Below the pieces are notes generated by a model. It was not told the DNA's origin, did no database searches, and saw nothing but the letters and a program-made list of their open reading frames with translations. The position numbers and the translations under genes are program-made. A stretch of 64,000 nucleotides of DNA, taken from positions 1-64,000 of the forward strand of contig NIVC01003444.1 of NCBI GenBank assembly GCA_002269645.1, read 5' to 3'. Shown here in pieces: positions 1-59,696 of this stretch. How positions within the stretch are numbered: the stretch's first letter is position 1; every line of letters begins with the position of its first letter. The DNA is from Macrostomum lignano (taxonomy: Eukaryota).

Positions 1-76
1 TTTGTGGCCTTCTTCATCCTGCTGCTGCTGCTGGCCGAACAGATCCCGAGCGCTGTGGAGACCTTCCCGCTCATTG
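1..76 (+). CDS. Cys-loop receptor exon (TM2 end, TM2-TM3 loop), truncated by the window edge
   Basis: Frame 1 FVAFFILLLLLAEQIPSAVETFPLI-G, then GTAAG at 77. Confidence 0.9.
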
Positions 77-3000
77 GTAAGCTGGCCTGGCCCTCTCCAC
101 CTTGCCTCTACCTTCTCCGCCTTTCTATCTACCATCTCGGCTTTACCCTCTACCATCTCCGCTTTACCCTCTATCAATCTCCGCTTTACCCTCTACCAAT
201 CTCCGCTTTACCCTCTATCAATCTCCGCTTTACCCTCTACCAATCTCCGCTTTACCTCTATCATCTCGCTTTACCCTCTACCAATCTCGCTTTACCCTCT
301 ATCAATCTCCGCTTTACCCTCTATCAATCTCCGCTTTACCCTCTATCAATCTCCGCTTTACCTCTACCAATCTCCGCTTTACCCTCTATCAATCTCCGCT
401 TTACCCTCTACCAATCTCCGCTTTACCCTCTATCAATCTCCGCTTTACCCTCTACCAATCTCCGCTTTGCCCTCTACCAATCTCCGCTTTACCCTCTACC
501 AATCTCCGCTTACCCTCTACCAATCTCCGCTTTGCTCTCTACCATCTCCGCTTTACCCTCTACCAATATCCGCTTTGCCCTCTACCCTCTCCTCCCCGCC
601 AATCTCTCACAGAGCTCACATCAAAAATGTTTTCAACAAGTTTTCTTCTCCAGACAAAAGTCCCAACCCAGATTTTAAAGCCCCATTGCAACAAAAAACT
701 CCCTTTTGAATCAACGAAATTAGTCAGACTTTTCACTACTTCATTTCTTTATCTCACATCCTACAGCAATTCCCGACCCCAGCTACACAATAAATTATTT
801 AAAGAGTTTTTTCCTACTGCATTTGAGCTGCTCACGCTCTGAGAACCAAGCCTGGAATGGCAGGCTGCCTCATTAGCCTCACAGCGCGGTTAGCGGACAT
901 CGAAAGGGGAAGATAGATAGAAAGATAGATAGGAAGACTCTGCCAAGAGTTTGATCGATAAATTTACTTCCCAGGCATTGCAGCTCCCCAACCCCCAGCC
1001 CAGCTGCTTCAAAGCCTCATCTACTTTGGGCTTGCCTGGATAAGAGAGGCAAGGAGAAGAGGAAGAGATCGAACTCAGAGCCCCGGCTTTACCCGGGCGA
1101 TTGAGCACAGAAGAGCTGTCTCTCTGTGTGCTCCAAGGAGTTTTTTTCCTAGGCTGAGTGGGGAATTCGAATTTTCCCAGTTCTTCTCAGTGTAGTAGCT
1201 AGCTTTTCACTTTATTGTGCTCTACCCTTATAGCTGGGTTTCACTGCCACTGCTAGAGCCAGCTGCGAATACAAAAGTACAAGCAATCTCCATTGATTAA
1301 CTGACTGCAGTTGAAAAAAAACAAAAAAACTATGCTCACTAATAGTCCCTGACACCTCATTGTCTTTTCTGACACTTTATTGTCAATCCTGACACACCTC
1401 ACTGTCAATCCTGACACACCTCACTGACCATCCTGACACACCCCATTGACAATCCTGACACATCTCACTGTCGATCCTGACACACCTCACTGACAATCCT
1501 GACACACCTCACTGACCATCCTGACACACCCCATTGACAATCCTGACACATCTCACTGTCGATCCTGACACACCTCACTGACAATCCTGACACACCTCAC
1601 TGACCATATCCTGACACATCTCACTGACAATCCTGACACACCCCATTGACAATCCTGACACATCTCACTGTCAATCCTGACACACCTCATTGACAATCCT
1701 GACACATCTCACTGTCAATCCTGACACACCTCACTGACCATATCCTGACACACCTCACTAACAATCCTGACAACTCACTGACAATCCTGACACCTCACTG
1801 ACAATCCTGACACACCTCACTAACAATCCTGACACACCTCACTGACAATCCTGACACACCTCACTGACCATATCCTGACACATCTCACTGACCACCCTGA
1901 CACACCCCATTGACAATCCTGACACATCTCACTGTCGATCCTGACACACCTCATTGCCGTTCCTGACACGCCTCACTGCCCATCCTGACACACCTCACTG
2001 ACCATCCTGACACACCTCACTGTCGATCCTGACACATCTCACTGCCCATCCTGACACACCCCATTGACAATCCTGACACACCTCACTGACAATCCTGACA
2101 CACCTCACTGACAATCCTGACACACCTCACTGACAATCCTGACACACCTCACTGACAATCCTGACACACCTCACTGACAATCCTGACACACCTCACTGAC
2201 AATCCTGACACACCTCACTGACCATATCCTGACACATCTCCCTGACCACCCTGACACACCCCATTGACAATCCTGACACATCTCACTGTCGATCCTGACA
2301 CACCTCATTGCCGTTCCTGACACGCCTCACTGCCCATCCTGACACACCTCACTGACCATCCTGACACACCTCACTGTCGATCCTGACACATCTCACTGCC
2401 CATCCTGACACACCCCATTGACAATTCGTACACATCTCACTGCCCATCCTGACACATCTCACTGTCAATCCTAACACACCTCACTGTCGATCCTGACACG
2501 CCTCACTGACCATCCTGACACACCCCATTGACAATCCTGACACATCTCACTGTCGATCCTGACACACCTCACTGACAATCCTGACACACCTCACTGACCA
2601 TCCTGACACACCCCATTGACAATCCTGACACATCTCACTGTCGATCCTGACACGCCTCACTGCCCATCCTGACACATCTCACTGACCATCCTGACACACC
2701 CCATTGACAATCCTGACACTGTCGATCCTGACACATCTCACTGCCCATCCTGACACACCCCATTGACAATTCGTACACATCTCACTGCCCATCCTGACAC
2801 ATCTCACTGTCAATCCTAACACACCTCACTGTCGATCCTGACACGCCTCACTGACAATCCTGACACACCTCACTGACAATCCTGACACACCTCACTGACC
2901 ATATCCTGACACATCTCACTGACCACCCTGACACACCCCATTGACAATCCTGACACATCTCACTGTCGATCCTGACACACCTCATTGCCGTTCCTGACAC

Positions 3001-5851
3001 GCCTCACTGCCCATCCTGACACACCTCACTGACCATCCTGACATACCTCACTGTCGATCCTGACACATCTCACTGCCCATCCTGACACACCCCATTGACA
3101 ATTCGTACACATCTCACTGACCATATCCTGACACATCTCACTGACCATCCTGACACACCCCATTGACAATCCTGACACTGTCGATCCTGACACATCTCAC
3201 TGCCCATCCTGACACACCCCATTGACAATTCGTACACATCTCACTGCCCATCCTGACACATCTCACTGTCAATCCTAACACACCTCACTGTCGATCCTGA
3301 CGCACCTCACTGCCCATCCTGACACACCTCACTGACAATCCTGACACACCTCACTGACCATATCCTGACACATCTCACTGACCATCCTGACACACCCCAT
3401 TGACAATCCTGACACATCTCACTGTCGATCCTGACACATCTCACTGCCCATCCTGACACACCCCATTGACAATTCGTGCACATCTCACTGCCCATCCTGA
3501 CACATCTCACTGTCAATCCTAACACATCTCACTGTCGATCCTGACACACCTCACTGACAATCCTGACACACCTCACTTACAATCCTGACACACCTCACTT
3601 ACAATCCTGACGCACCTCACTGACCATCCTGACGCACCTCACTGCCCATCCTGACACATCTCACTACCCAACCTGACACATCTCACTACCCAACCTGACA
3701 CACCTCACAGACAATCCTGACGCACCTCACTACCCAACCTGACACATCTCACTACCCAACCTGACACATCTCACTACCCTACCTGACACATCTCACTACC
3801 CAACCTGACACATCTCACTACCCAACCTGACACATCTCACTACCCAACCTGACACATCTCACTACCCAACCTGACACACCTCACAGACAATCCTGACGCA
3901 CCTCACTACCCAACCTGACACATCTCACTACCCAACCTGACGCACCTCACCACCCAACCTGACACATCTCACTACCCAACCTGACACACGTCACTGACAA
4001 TCCTAACGCACCTCACTACCCAACCTGACACATCTCACTACCCAACCTGACACATCTCACTATCCAACCTGACACACCTCACAGACAATCCTGACGCACC
4101 TCACTACCCAACCTGACACATCTCACTACCCAACCTGACACACCTCACTGACAATCCTGACGCACCTCACTACCCAACCTGACGCACTTCAATGTCACAC
4201 CCAGCTATCCTTGAACTTCGCTCTTTCTCCCAAAAGCCTACACACTCCTACTCAAAAGCTTCAATCATAAGCTGGATATATTACTAATCTACACAAGCCA
4301 ACACCGATGCCACACCGCCAGGCTGCTACTACTGCATGAACATGGGTCTGATCACGTTCTCAACTTTCGTAGCCGCCGTAATTGTCAATCTGCACTTTCA
4401 CGGCGACAAGAGCGGTCCGGTGCCTCCGCTGCTCAGACGGGTAAGAACTCGAGGCTTTAATTAATGTTCCTATCCATGGGAAAATGAGTAGTGCAAGTTT
4501 TGCTGAAGGCACGATTTTCGTTATCAAATTCATTGTCAGATGGGAATTTTTCAGTTTTTATTTAGCACTGAACTCATAGTGCTAAATGGGGTTTTACCAT
4601 AGACAACAGGAACATAAGTGAGTTTTTTCTGAAATCAGTCACATACCTAGATAGATAGATAGATACCGACAAACCATTTTTAGTGTATGAATTTAGTGTA
4701 TTTAGATGTAAAATAATCTGTTAAAAGTGTTATGGTTTTAAAAACTTTAAAAAGTTTCCTTAAGTTTTAAGGAAAAGCAAAATATACAAATTTAGTTAGG
4801 GGGGTAGCTATAGTAGGCAGGAGGTACATACGTGATCAAATTAACTGCAACCACTCAGGAAGAAAGAAATGGCGCCACTCAAAATAAAATGGCACCCACT
4901 CAAAATAAAATGGCACCCACTCAAAATAAAATGGCACCCACTCAAAATGAAATGGCGCCCACTCAAAATGAAATGGCGCCCACTCAAAATAAAATGCCAC
5001 CCACTCAAAATGAAATGCCACCCACTCAAAATGAAATGCCACCCACTCAAAATGAAATGCCACCCACTCAAAATGAAATGGCACCCACTCAAAATGAAAT
5101 GGCACCCACTCAAAATGAAATGGCGCCACTCAAAAATTAATGGCGCCCCTCAAATGAAATGGCGCCCACTCAAAATGAAATGGCGCCCACTCAAAATAAA
5201 ATGGCGCCACTCAAAAATAATGGCGCCCCTCAAATGAAATGGCGCCCACTCAAAATGAAATGGCGCCTACCTCAAATGAGGCATTAGTCATTAGGAAACA
5301 ATATTTCATACTTAATCTTCGAGCTCACCTTCATCCTCCTAACCCAGATCATGATCGAAGGGCTCGGCAGGCTGTTCCTCATCAAAGTAAGCGTCCCGCT
5401 GCCGCCGGAGCGTCGGGTTCTGCTTCGACAGCTGTCCAGCAACAGCGGCGGCGGTGGCGGCGGCCGTCAGTTTCAACAGCAACAGCAACAGCAGCAGTTT
5501 CGCATTCTCGAGAATCGCCAGAACGTCTATCACCAGCCAGCCGCAGGCTTGCAGGCACCCAGGCGAGCGGTTGCAGCGTTCTACAACTCTGTGGCCGCTC
5601 CTGCTGGGCACCAGCTGCTGCTCACCTGCCCACCGGATGTGGAGAGCGACCTGAAGGAGATCAGCAGGGCCATCCGGTTGTTCCTAGGTAGGAAGAAGGA
5701 CGCTGATGCAAAAAACTTGTTAGCGGTTGAGTGGCGCACCCTGGCACAGGTGCTTGACCGGCTGTTTTTCTTGTTGTATGTTATCCTGCTGATCAGCTTC
5801 CTGATTTTATTTATTCCCCGTCGGGTGGAGTATGTGCGGCGAATGGACTGA
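1..5851 (+). CDS. Cys-loop ligand-gated ion channel (nicotinic acetylcholine receptor-like) subunit, 3' part; exons <1-76, 4322-4440, 5348-5851
   Basis: Spliced translation: FVAFFILLLLLAEQIPSAVETFPLIG (end of TM2 and TM2-3 loop) | GCYYCMNMGLITFSTFVAAVIVNLHFHG..PVPPLLRR (TM3) | IMIEGLGRLF...EWRTLAQVLDRLFFLLYVILLISFLILF (MA helix, TM4), stop at 5849-5851. GTAAG donors at 77 and 4441, CAG acceptors at 4321 and 5347, phases compatible. Confidence 0.93.
100..590. repeat. 22-bp intronic minisatellite (CAATCTCCGCTTTACCCTCTAC)n
   Basis: Period 22 read directly; explains the overlapping low-complexity ORFs at 2-842. Confidence 0.95.
1345..4185. repeat. 22-bp intronic satellite (CCTGACACACCTCACTGACAAT)n with variant blocks
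   Basis: Period 22; variant CCTGACACATCTCACTACCCAA dominates from ~3660. Confidence 0.95.
4322..4440 (+). CDS. Cys-loop receptor exon (TM3)
   Basis: CCAG| acceptor, phase 1, YYCMNMGLITFSTFVAAVIVNLHF, |GTAAGA donor. Confidence 0.9.
4868..5275. repeat. 21-bp intronic minisatellite (AAATGGCACCCACTCAAAATG)n
   Basis: Direct reading; gives heptad pseudo-ORFs. Confidence 0.95.
5348..5851 (+). CDS. Cys-loop receptor last exon (intracellular loop, TM4, stop)
   Basis: CCCAG| acceptor; ORF 5351-5851 carries the EWRTLAQVLDRLF pre-TM4 signature. Confidence 0.9.
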   Translation: MMIEGLGRLFLIKVSVPLPPERRVLLRQLSSNSGGGGGGRQFQQQQQQQQFRILENRQNVYHQPAAGLQAPRRAVAAFYNSVAAPAGHQLLLTCPPDVESDLKEISRAIRLFLGRKKDADAKNLLAVEWRTLAQVLDRLFFLLYVILLISFLILFIPRRVEYVRRMD

Positions 5852-5901
5852 TTGATTGACTGATTGGCTCCTTGATTGATTTATGGATGGATGGATGGAT
5901 G

Positions 5902-5932
<31 letters not shown>

Positions 5933-5953
5933 GATTGATTGATTGACTGATTA

Positions 5954-5992
<39 letters not shown>

Positions 5993-5993
5993 A

Positions 5994-6049
<56 letters not shown>

Positions 6050-6093
6050 GTTGGTTGATTTATTGGTTGGTTGATTGATTGATTGTTTGATTA

Positions 6094-6129
<36 letters not shown>

Positions 6130-6212
6130 GTTGCTGACTTATTGGCTCCTTAGTTGATTGATGGATGGATGAATGGATTGATTGATTGATTGATTGATTG
6201 ATTAATTGATTA

Positions 6213-6295
<83 letters not shown>

Positions 6296-6304
6296 AATTA
6301 ATTA

Positions 6305-6335
<31 letters not shown>

Positions 6336-6336
6336 A

Positions 6337-6379
<43 letters not shown>

Positions 6380-6400
6380 AATTGATTGCTTCCATGGTTC
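5852..6400. repeat. (ATTG)n microsatellite starting at the receptor stop codon
   Basis: Direct reading. Confidence 0.95.
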
Positions 6401-7404
6401 CATTATTGATTATTTAGTTCCATTATTAATTGATTGGTTCTATTGTTGATTGATTGGTTCCATTATTGAAGTATTGGTTTGATTGTTTTGCCTGCTTAAG
6501 ACGGTAATTATTTAATTAACTTTTTGCATTGATACCAGTATATTTATTAAATAGTAAGTTGGTTAATTTATGGCTTGATTTTTTACTAAAGGATTGAATA
6601 CGATAACATGATGTATTGATAAAAAATCGTACGTTCTGTTTATTTATTTTGGTTGTGTCTAACTTTGTATCTATAACTGTCTGATCAATTGTTTGATTTG
6701 CATCAAACGAAAATTTTATTATTATTTTAAAATTCTAATTTATTTTTTTGTGAAAAGAGTTTTATTAATATTGGCTACTCCAATTCAAAGCAACTGGATT
6801 GCAGCGGAGACTTTTGTCAGACCAACAATCAGCAACGAATAACCATTTTGAGCAATTCATTTTTACTAGCGACTCATTTTTCGCATTCCTTCGTTTTTAT
6901 ATACGCAATCTGCAAACTTACTCTTGTCTCGATTTTTAATACTCTTAGTAGCATATTCGAAAATTCACGGAGAAAGCATTTTCCTAATGAATAAGGCGGA
7001 TCAAATTCAAGATAAAGAATTTTATAATTTTTAGATCGCGTCTTCTGGCACATGCATGTACTTCGAATATTGTACCAGTTTTATATTTGTTGTACGAATA
7101 GGACTTTGCTTTGCATTAATTTTTTACTGTTTTAATCAGGTTGTAAAAGCTTAAAGGTTGTAACCGATCGATTTTTCATTCTATACTTTTTCCTCTACAG
7201 TCTATATACAGTCCTATATATCGAAATTATTTATATCGAAAAAAAAATACCCTTAGAAATCTTACAAATGATAATTTTAACCCCAAGTTTTGTTATCAAA
7301 GCAAGAGAAGAGATGCTTGCAAATAGACTTGCTATTTTAATGCCGGAAATTAAAATACATTGTAATCATACTTTGACTGACAAATTATCCGCTTGATTTC
7401 TTTG

Positions 7405-7416
7405 TTTATTTTTATT
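7405..7416 (-). promoter_or_regulatory. Candidate poly(A) signals (two adjacent AATAAA) of the SSPO-like gene
   Basis: TTTATT twice on +, ~240 nt downstream of the stop at 7657; no transcript evidence. Confidence 0.3.
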
Positions 7417-7656
7417 GTTAAGAAATGAAATTTATATTGGGTGAGACTTTTAAATAGGAGAATAAAGATATTTTGTTATGATAGCACTGGTATGCGCTTA
7501 TAACGAGGAAAAATTATTAAAATTTAAGGATGTTAAAGAAATTTTTGTTTAAATTAACAACTACTCTAAAAAGCCTCCACCACAGCCAAGTGGATAATTA
7601 TAGTTTTCGTCAAATCGAAACAAAGCAGATTTCGATCTTCATTGAGATCAGCTGAA

Positions 7657-55557
<47,901 letters not shown>

Positions 55558-56199
55558 CACTTCAGAAAAGTTGTAGACAATTCTATAGAATGAAAAATCT
55601 AACTTTGTAGTTTTTATTTCGACTCAATGCAAACTTGACAATAATCTATTTTCCAACTGAATTTAAATACACCATCAAATTAATCCATTCTTAGTCGAAA
55701 ACATTGCCATATGCCGCCAATTCTGCAAGCTGACACACGCAAATGTATGCAGTTAGCAATCATTGATACAATTATTATTTTCAAACTTGATCGCAATAAA
55801 CAGCTTGTTTTTCGCACTTGCTTCCACCCCTAGTGTTATTTTTACCTTGAAAAATGTCAAAACAGCATTGGGAAAACTGTGACTGAAATCGCTAATCTCT
55901 CTCCTATTGACTAGGGCGGCGACAGGTGCGGTCGCGTGTTTAATCCCTTTGTTATTTAGCCATTGTGACAGACGGACACGCTTAGTTCAACTTGATAATC
56001 TTTTTAGTATATACTATAATTACCGTATTTTGATCGAATTGGCAATAACAAAAAACAAGTTTATATGTATATATCTATTACATATTTAATTATATGTATA
56101 TTTAATTAACCATAAGTAGTACATGTAGATGTGCGATTATGAGATAGGGTCTATGCTATAAAACTGTTCTTTTTCATGGAGACTTCACATGCACGATTC

Positions 56200-56885
56200 T
56201 GTTTTGGCGTCAGTGTTGGCGCCATCTATCCCAGATGTCAGTTTTGGCGCCATCTATCCCAGATGTCAGTTTTGGCGCCATCTATCCCAGATGTCAGTTT
56301 TGGCGCCATCTATCCCAGATGTCAGTTTTGGCGCCATCTATCCCAGATGTCAGTTTTGGCGCCATCTATCCCAGATGTCAGTTTTGGCGCCATCTATCCC
56401 AGATGTCAGTTTTGTTGGCGCCATCTATCCCAGATGTCAGTTTTGGCGCCATCTATCCCAGATGTCAGTTTTGGCGCCATCTATCCCAGATGTCAGTTTT
56501 GGCGCCATCTATCCCAGATGTCAGTTTTGGCGCCATCTATCCCAGATGTCAGTTTTGGCGCCATCTATCCCAGATGTCAGTTTTGTTGGCGCCATCTATC
56601 CCAGATGTCAGTTTTGGCGCCATCTATCCCAGATGTCAGTTTTGTTGGCGCCATCTATCCCAGATGTCAGTTTTGGCGCCATCTATCCCAGATGTCAGTT
56701 TTGTTGGCGCTATCTATCCCAGATGTCAGTTTTGGCGACATCTATCCCAGATGTCAGTTTTGGCGCCATCTATCCCAGATGTCAGTTCTGTTGGCGCCAT
56801 CTATCCCAAATGTCAGTTTTGGCGCCATCTATCCCAGATGTCAGTTTTGGCGCCATCTATCCCAGATGTCAGTTTTGGCGCCATC
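56200..56885. repeat. 28-bp tandem array (GGCGCCATCTATCCCAGATGTCAGTTTT)n, left copy
   Basis: Period 28, occasional +3 nt (GTT) variants. Confidence 0.97.
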
Positions 56886-56886
56886 C

Positions 56887-57033
56887 CTAGTAACACACTT
56901 CGTCGCGGCAACGTCGCGTAAACGTCGCAAAGTTACGTCGCGGGAAGGGGTCAAGTGTCGCGCCACGCGACGTCGCGTACACTTCACTTTGCGACGTCAC
57001 GTTATTACCATTACGCGACCTTTACGCGACTAG
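56887..57033. other. CpG-rich GTCGC/GCGAC inverted-repeat cluster
   Basis: 56913-56928 vs 57015-57030 inverted 15/16; 56922-56933 vs 56986-56997 inverted 12/12; perfect 14-bp palindrome ACGCGACGTCGCGT at 56965-56978. Confidence 0.8.
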
Positions 57034-57959
57034 TTTACAGTTGGCCGCGGTTAGTTTCTTACTTCTTGATTTGAATGCAGTTTCACAGAGGTGATCGCCA
57101 CGTTAAATGCTGTTTAAAAATTTATGAGGTTTAAATGCTGTAATTCACAGCAGCAATTGCACACCAAGATAATTTGTAATGCACACGTACTGACATACAC
57201 GCTCGTGAGCACGCATACCTGAAATAATGTAAAGCCAAAATGCTAAAAAATAGGCAGTTTTACCAGTTTCCTACCGGTGTTACTATAAACTTTCTTATAT
57301 CAGATACTGGGTGATATTTTATTGGCGAAGGTCGACTCGCACCAGGATTGTACAGCTATTTGTCAGCCGCTGGAAAAATATAGTACGCAATTATATGCAA
57401 TAGGAGATAATAAAAGCTATAGCAAACAAAAGGAACATAAATACCAACTGGGAACTGGGTAATGAATAGTAGAACGTAGCGATGAATGGTAATAGAGTAA
57501 AATTATAGTAGATAAAAGTAATTAGAGTAGAGAAAAATAAGAGCAACGAAGCATTTAATTAATTAATAAATTTTTTGTTTCCTAGAATAAACAGCCAATT
57601 TAATTGGCAAATAAACGCCCAGTATATAGTAAATATAATATAACACATAATAATATAACACTTGAAATAATTTAAGCCAAAAAAGGCCAACAAAGCAGTT
57701 TTACCGTTTTCACCGTTTTTTCAAAAAATTACTGAAAACTGGTATAAAGAACGGGTTTTTGCGACCCCTGTTTGTCTTAGAATCTAAAATTTTGGTGGGG
57801 AGGGATCTGGTGACTAGGTAGGGAAAGAGCTAATTTCCCGCCCCATTTTTCTATATCTAAGTTTCTCCATTCCAGCCTACTCTGCATGAATAAATCGAAA
57901 CAAACTGACAAGGCTCGGGAGCCGATTTTTCCCGCGGCCAGGGGACCTCCAACATGAAG

Positions 57960-58523
57960 CTAACGAGCGCGATTCGGGTCATTTGCATGCTTTAGCACCT
58001 CCTTTACAGCGGCTTCTATCTCCTTCTCCTTCGCCTTGACGCTGCGTAGCGTTGCACCTCGCACGATTGTCCACAGGATGCTGTCCTTGAACGCCGCTTT
58101 CTCTCGCCGTCCTGCGAAACTAAAACTCGCCATAGCCGGCGGAGCCAGCAGCCGGCGCAAAATGCGACGCACTGCATCCTGGGTGCTGCCGCCACCAATG
58201 CAGGCCATCTGTCCTTCCAGTAATGCAAGTGAAGCAGTTGCGCAAAATTGTCTAATTGTTTTTTATTTTACACGCAACAGAAGAATTGAAGAAAAACAGG
58301 AACGCCGATGCACTCACGAGCGCTTCTGCATCCACTGGATTTTCTTCCAGATGCTGGACTAGTTCTGCCATGTCTTCTGCCGAGCACGGCAAGTTGACAG
58401 GCAGATTTGGAGCCGCCACGCTCTTTCGTGACGCGATCGCGGAGACCGTGCGTTCAATCCGTTCAACGTATTGACGGATGGCTGCCAGTTCCCTCATAAC
58501 AATCTTCTCGAATGCTGAAACAT
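57960..58523 (-). CDS. DUF4806/BEN-like domain protein, 3' two exons (58523-58318, 58208-57960); 5' end not found; possibly transposon-borne or a relic
   Basis: SAFEKIVMRELAAIRQYVERIE..LPVNLPCSAEDMAELVQHLEE..AL|MACIGGGSTQDAVRRILRRLL..FSFAGRREKAAFKDSIL..EIEAAVKEVLKHANDP*; GTGAGT donor at 58317, CAG acceptor at 58209. Family recognised from motif memory, no search run. Confidence 0.65.
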
Positions 58524-58526
58524 CTG

Positions 58527-58810
58527 CATCTATCCCAGATGTCAGTTTTGGCGTCATCTATCCCAGATGTCAGTTCTGTTGGCGCCATCTATCCCAGATG
58601 TCAGTTTTGGCGCCATCTATCCCAGATGTCAGTTTTGGCGCCATCTATCCCAGATGTCAGTTTTGGCGTCATCTATCCCAGATGTCAATTTTGGCGCCAT
58701 CTATCCCAGATGTCAGTTTTGGCGCCATCTATCCCGGATGTCAGTTTTGTTGGCGCTATCTATCCCAGATGTCAGTTTTGGCGCCATCTATCCCAGATGT
58801 CAGTTTTGGC
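58527..58810. repeat. Same 28-bp tandem array, right copy, same orientation
   Basis: Direct reading. Confidence 0.97.
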
Positions 58811-59620
58811 GCGGTCCATATGGAGATATCTAGTGGTTAGGGCAAGTGCATCATTCCGTAAATATGACCAGCAAAATTTACTTGAGTTTGGTCTTCTAAA
58901 AACCTTTGATTTGGATATTTGGGCCTCAGATGAGTAAAAAACTAATAGCTTAGCTTCCCACTCCTGTCAAATTGTGAGCTCCAAGGTAACAAAAATTGGG
59001 CGGGGCAGCTAGGTCAAAAGTGGACTAACATGAGACAAGCAAGGGAGAATCTAAAAAAGTATAAATAAGGTTTCATATTCTACATCCATAGTCGGCCTAC
59101 ATGTCATCGTTACTGAAATTTCCATGGGTGCATGTAACATAATTTAATACTATACTTGCATTACGTGTAGTATAATTAACGAAATGAAACGAAACGAAAC
59201 GAAATGAAATGAAATTAAAGTCACAGAATAGGCTAGAAAATCATTGAACAGATATACAAAGGTTTACATTTCCAATTAAAAGCTGTTTTTAAAAACTACT
59301 TAGTTAATAATTTTATCAATAAGTTGTAGAACCTAAATAGTTTCAGTTTAATGTATCAAATTTTTATGTAGTTTTGTTTAACCAGTTATTTTGTTGTTAG
59401 TAAACAAATTTAACCTAGATAAAGTAACGTTATTATTATTTGAGTTAGATTCGAGAAATGGAATAAATTACGAACTTTAAGCAACCGTATCCGTATGTGC
59501 ATCTTTATGTTCTTTGATTAAGGAATTTCAAGCAAAAACTATCGATGGCTTTATTCAAAGCCTTTTAAAGCTTTAATTTGACAATATATCTTATCATTAT
59601 ACCAAATCGACAAGTTTACA

Positions 59621-59696
59621 ATGCCAGTAAGACGGGGACATGTTGCACCACAAAATACTTTTTTGGATACATTGATTCGAAAATTTGATGGACAGT
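59621..59696 (+). CDS. KCNH2: erg channel exon 1 (76 nt)
   Basis: ATG at 59621, GTAAGT donor at 59697. Confidence 0.93.

Noticed and set aside
2-842. Three overlapping 224-246 aa ORFs
   Set aside because: They read through the donor at 77 into a stop-free 22-bp minisatellite; only 1-76 is a real exon.
842-1320. Unique GC-balanced intronic segment that might be a SINE or extra exon
   Set aside because: No recognisable Pol III boxes, tail or phase-compatible coding frame; needs a repeat-library search.
56176-57033. 230-285 aa ORFs in the 28-bp array, and the array as a possible CRISPR locus
   Set aside because: Units are head-to-tail with no unique spacers, there are no cas genes, and the context is eukaryotic; the ORFs are artefacts of a stop-free repeat.
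57690-57772. Possible hAT-like terminus (CAGGGGTCGCAAAAACCCG on -)
   Set aside because: No matching opposite end or 8-bp target duplication found in the window.
56886-58526. Helitron interpretation of the insert (CTAG near its left end)
   Set aside because: No A|T insertion site, no short hairpin at the expected distance from CTAG, no clear 5' TC end.
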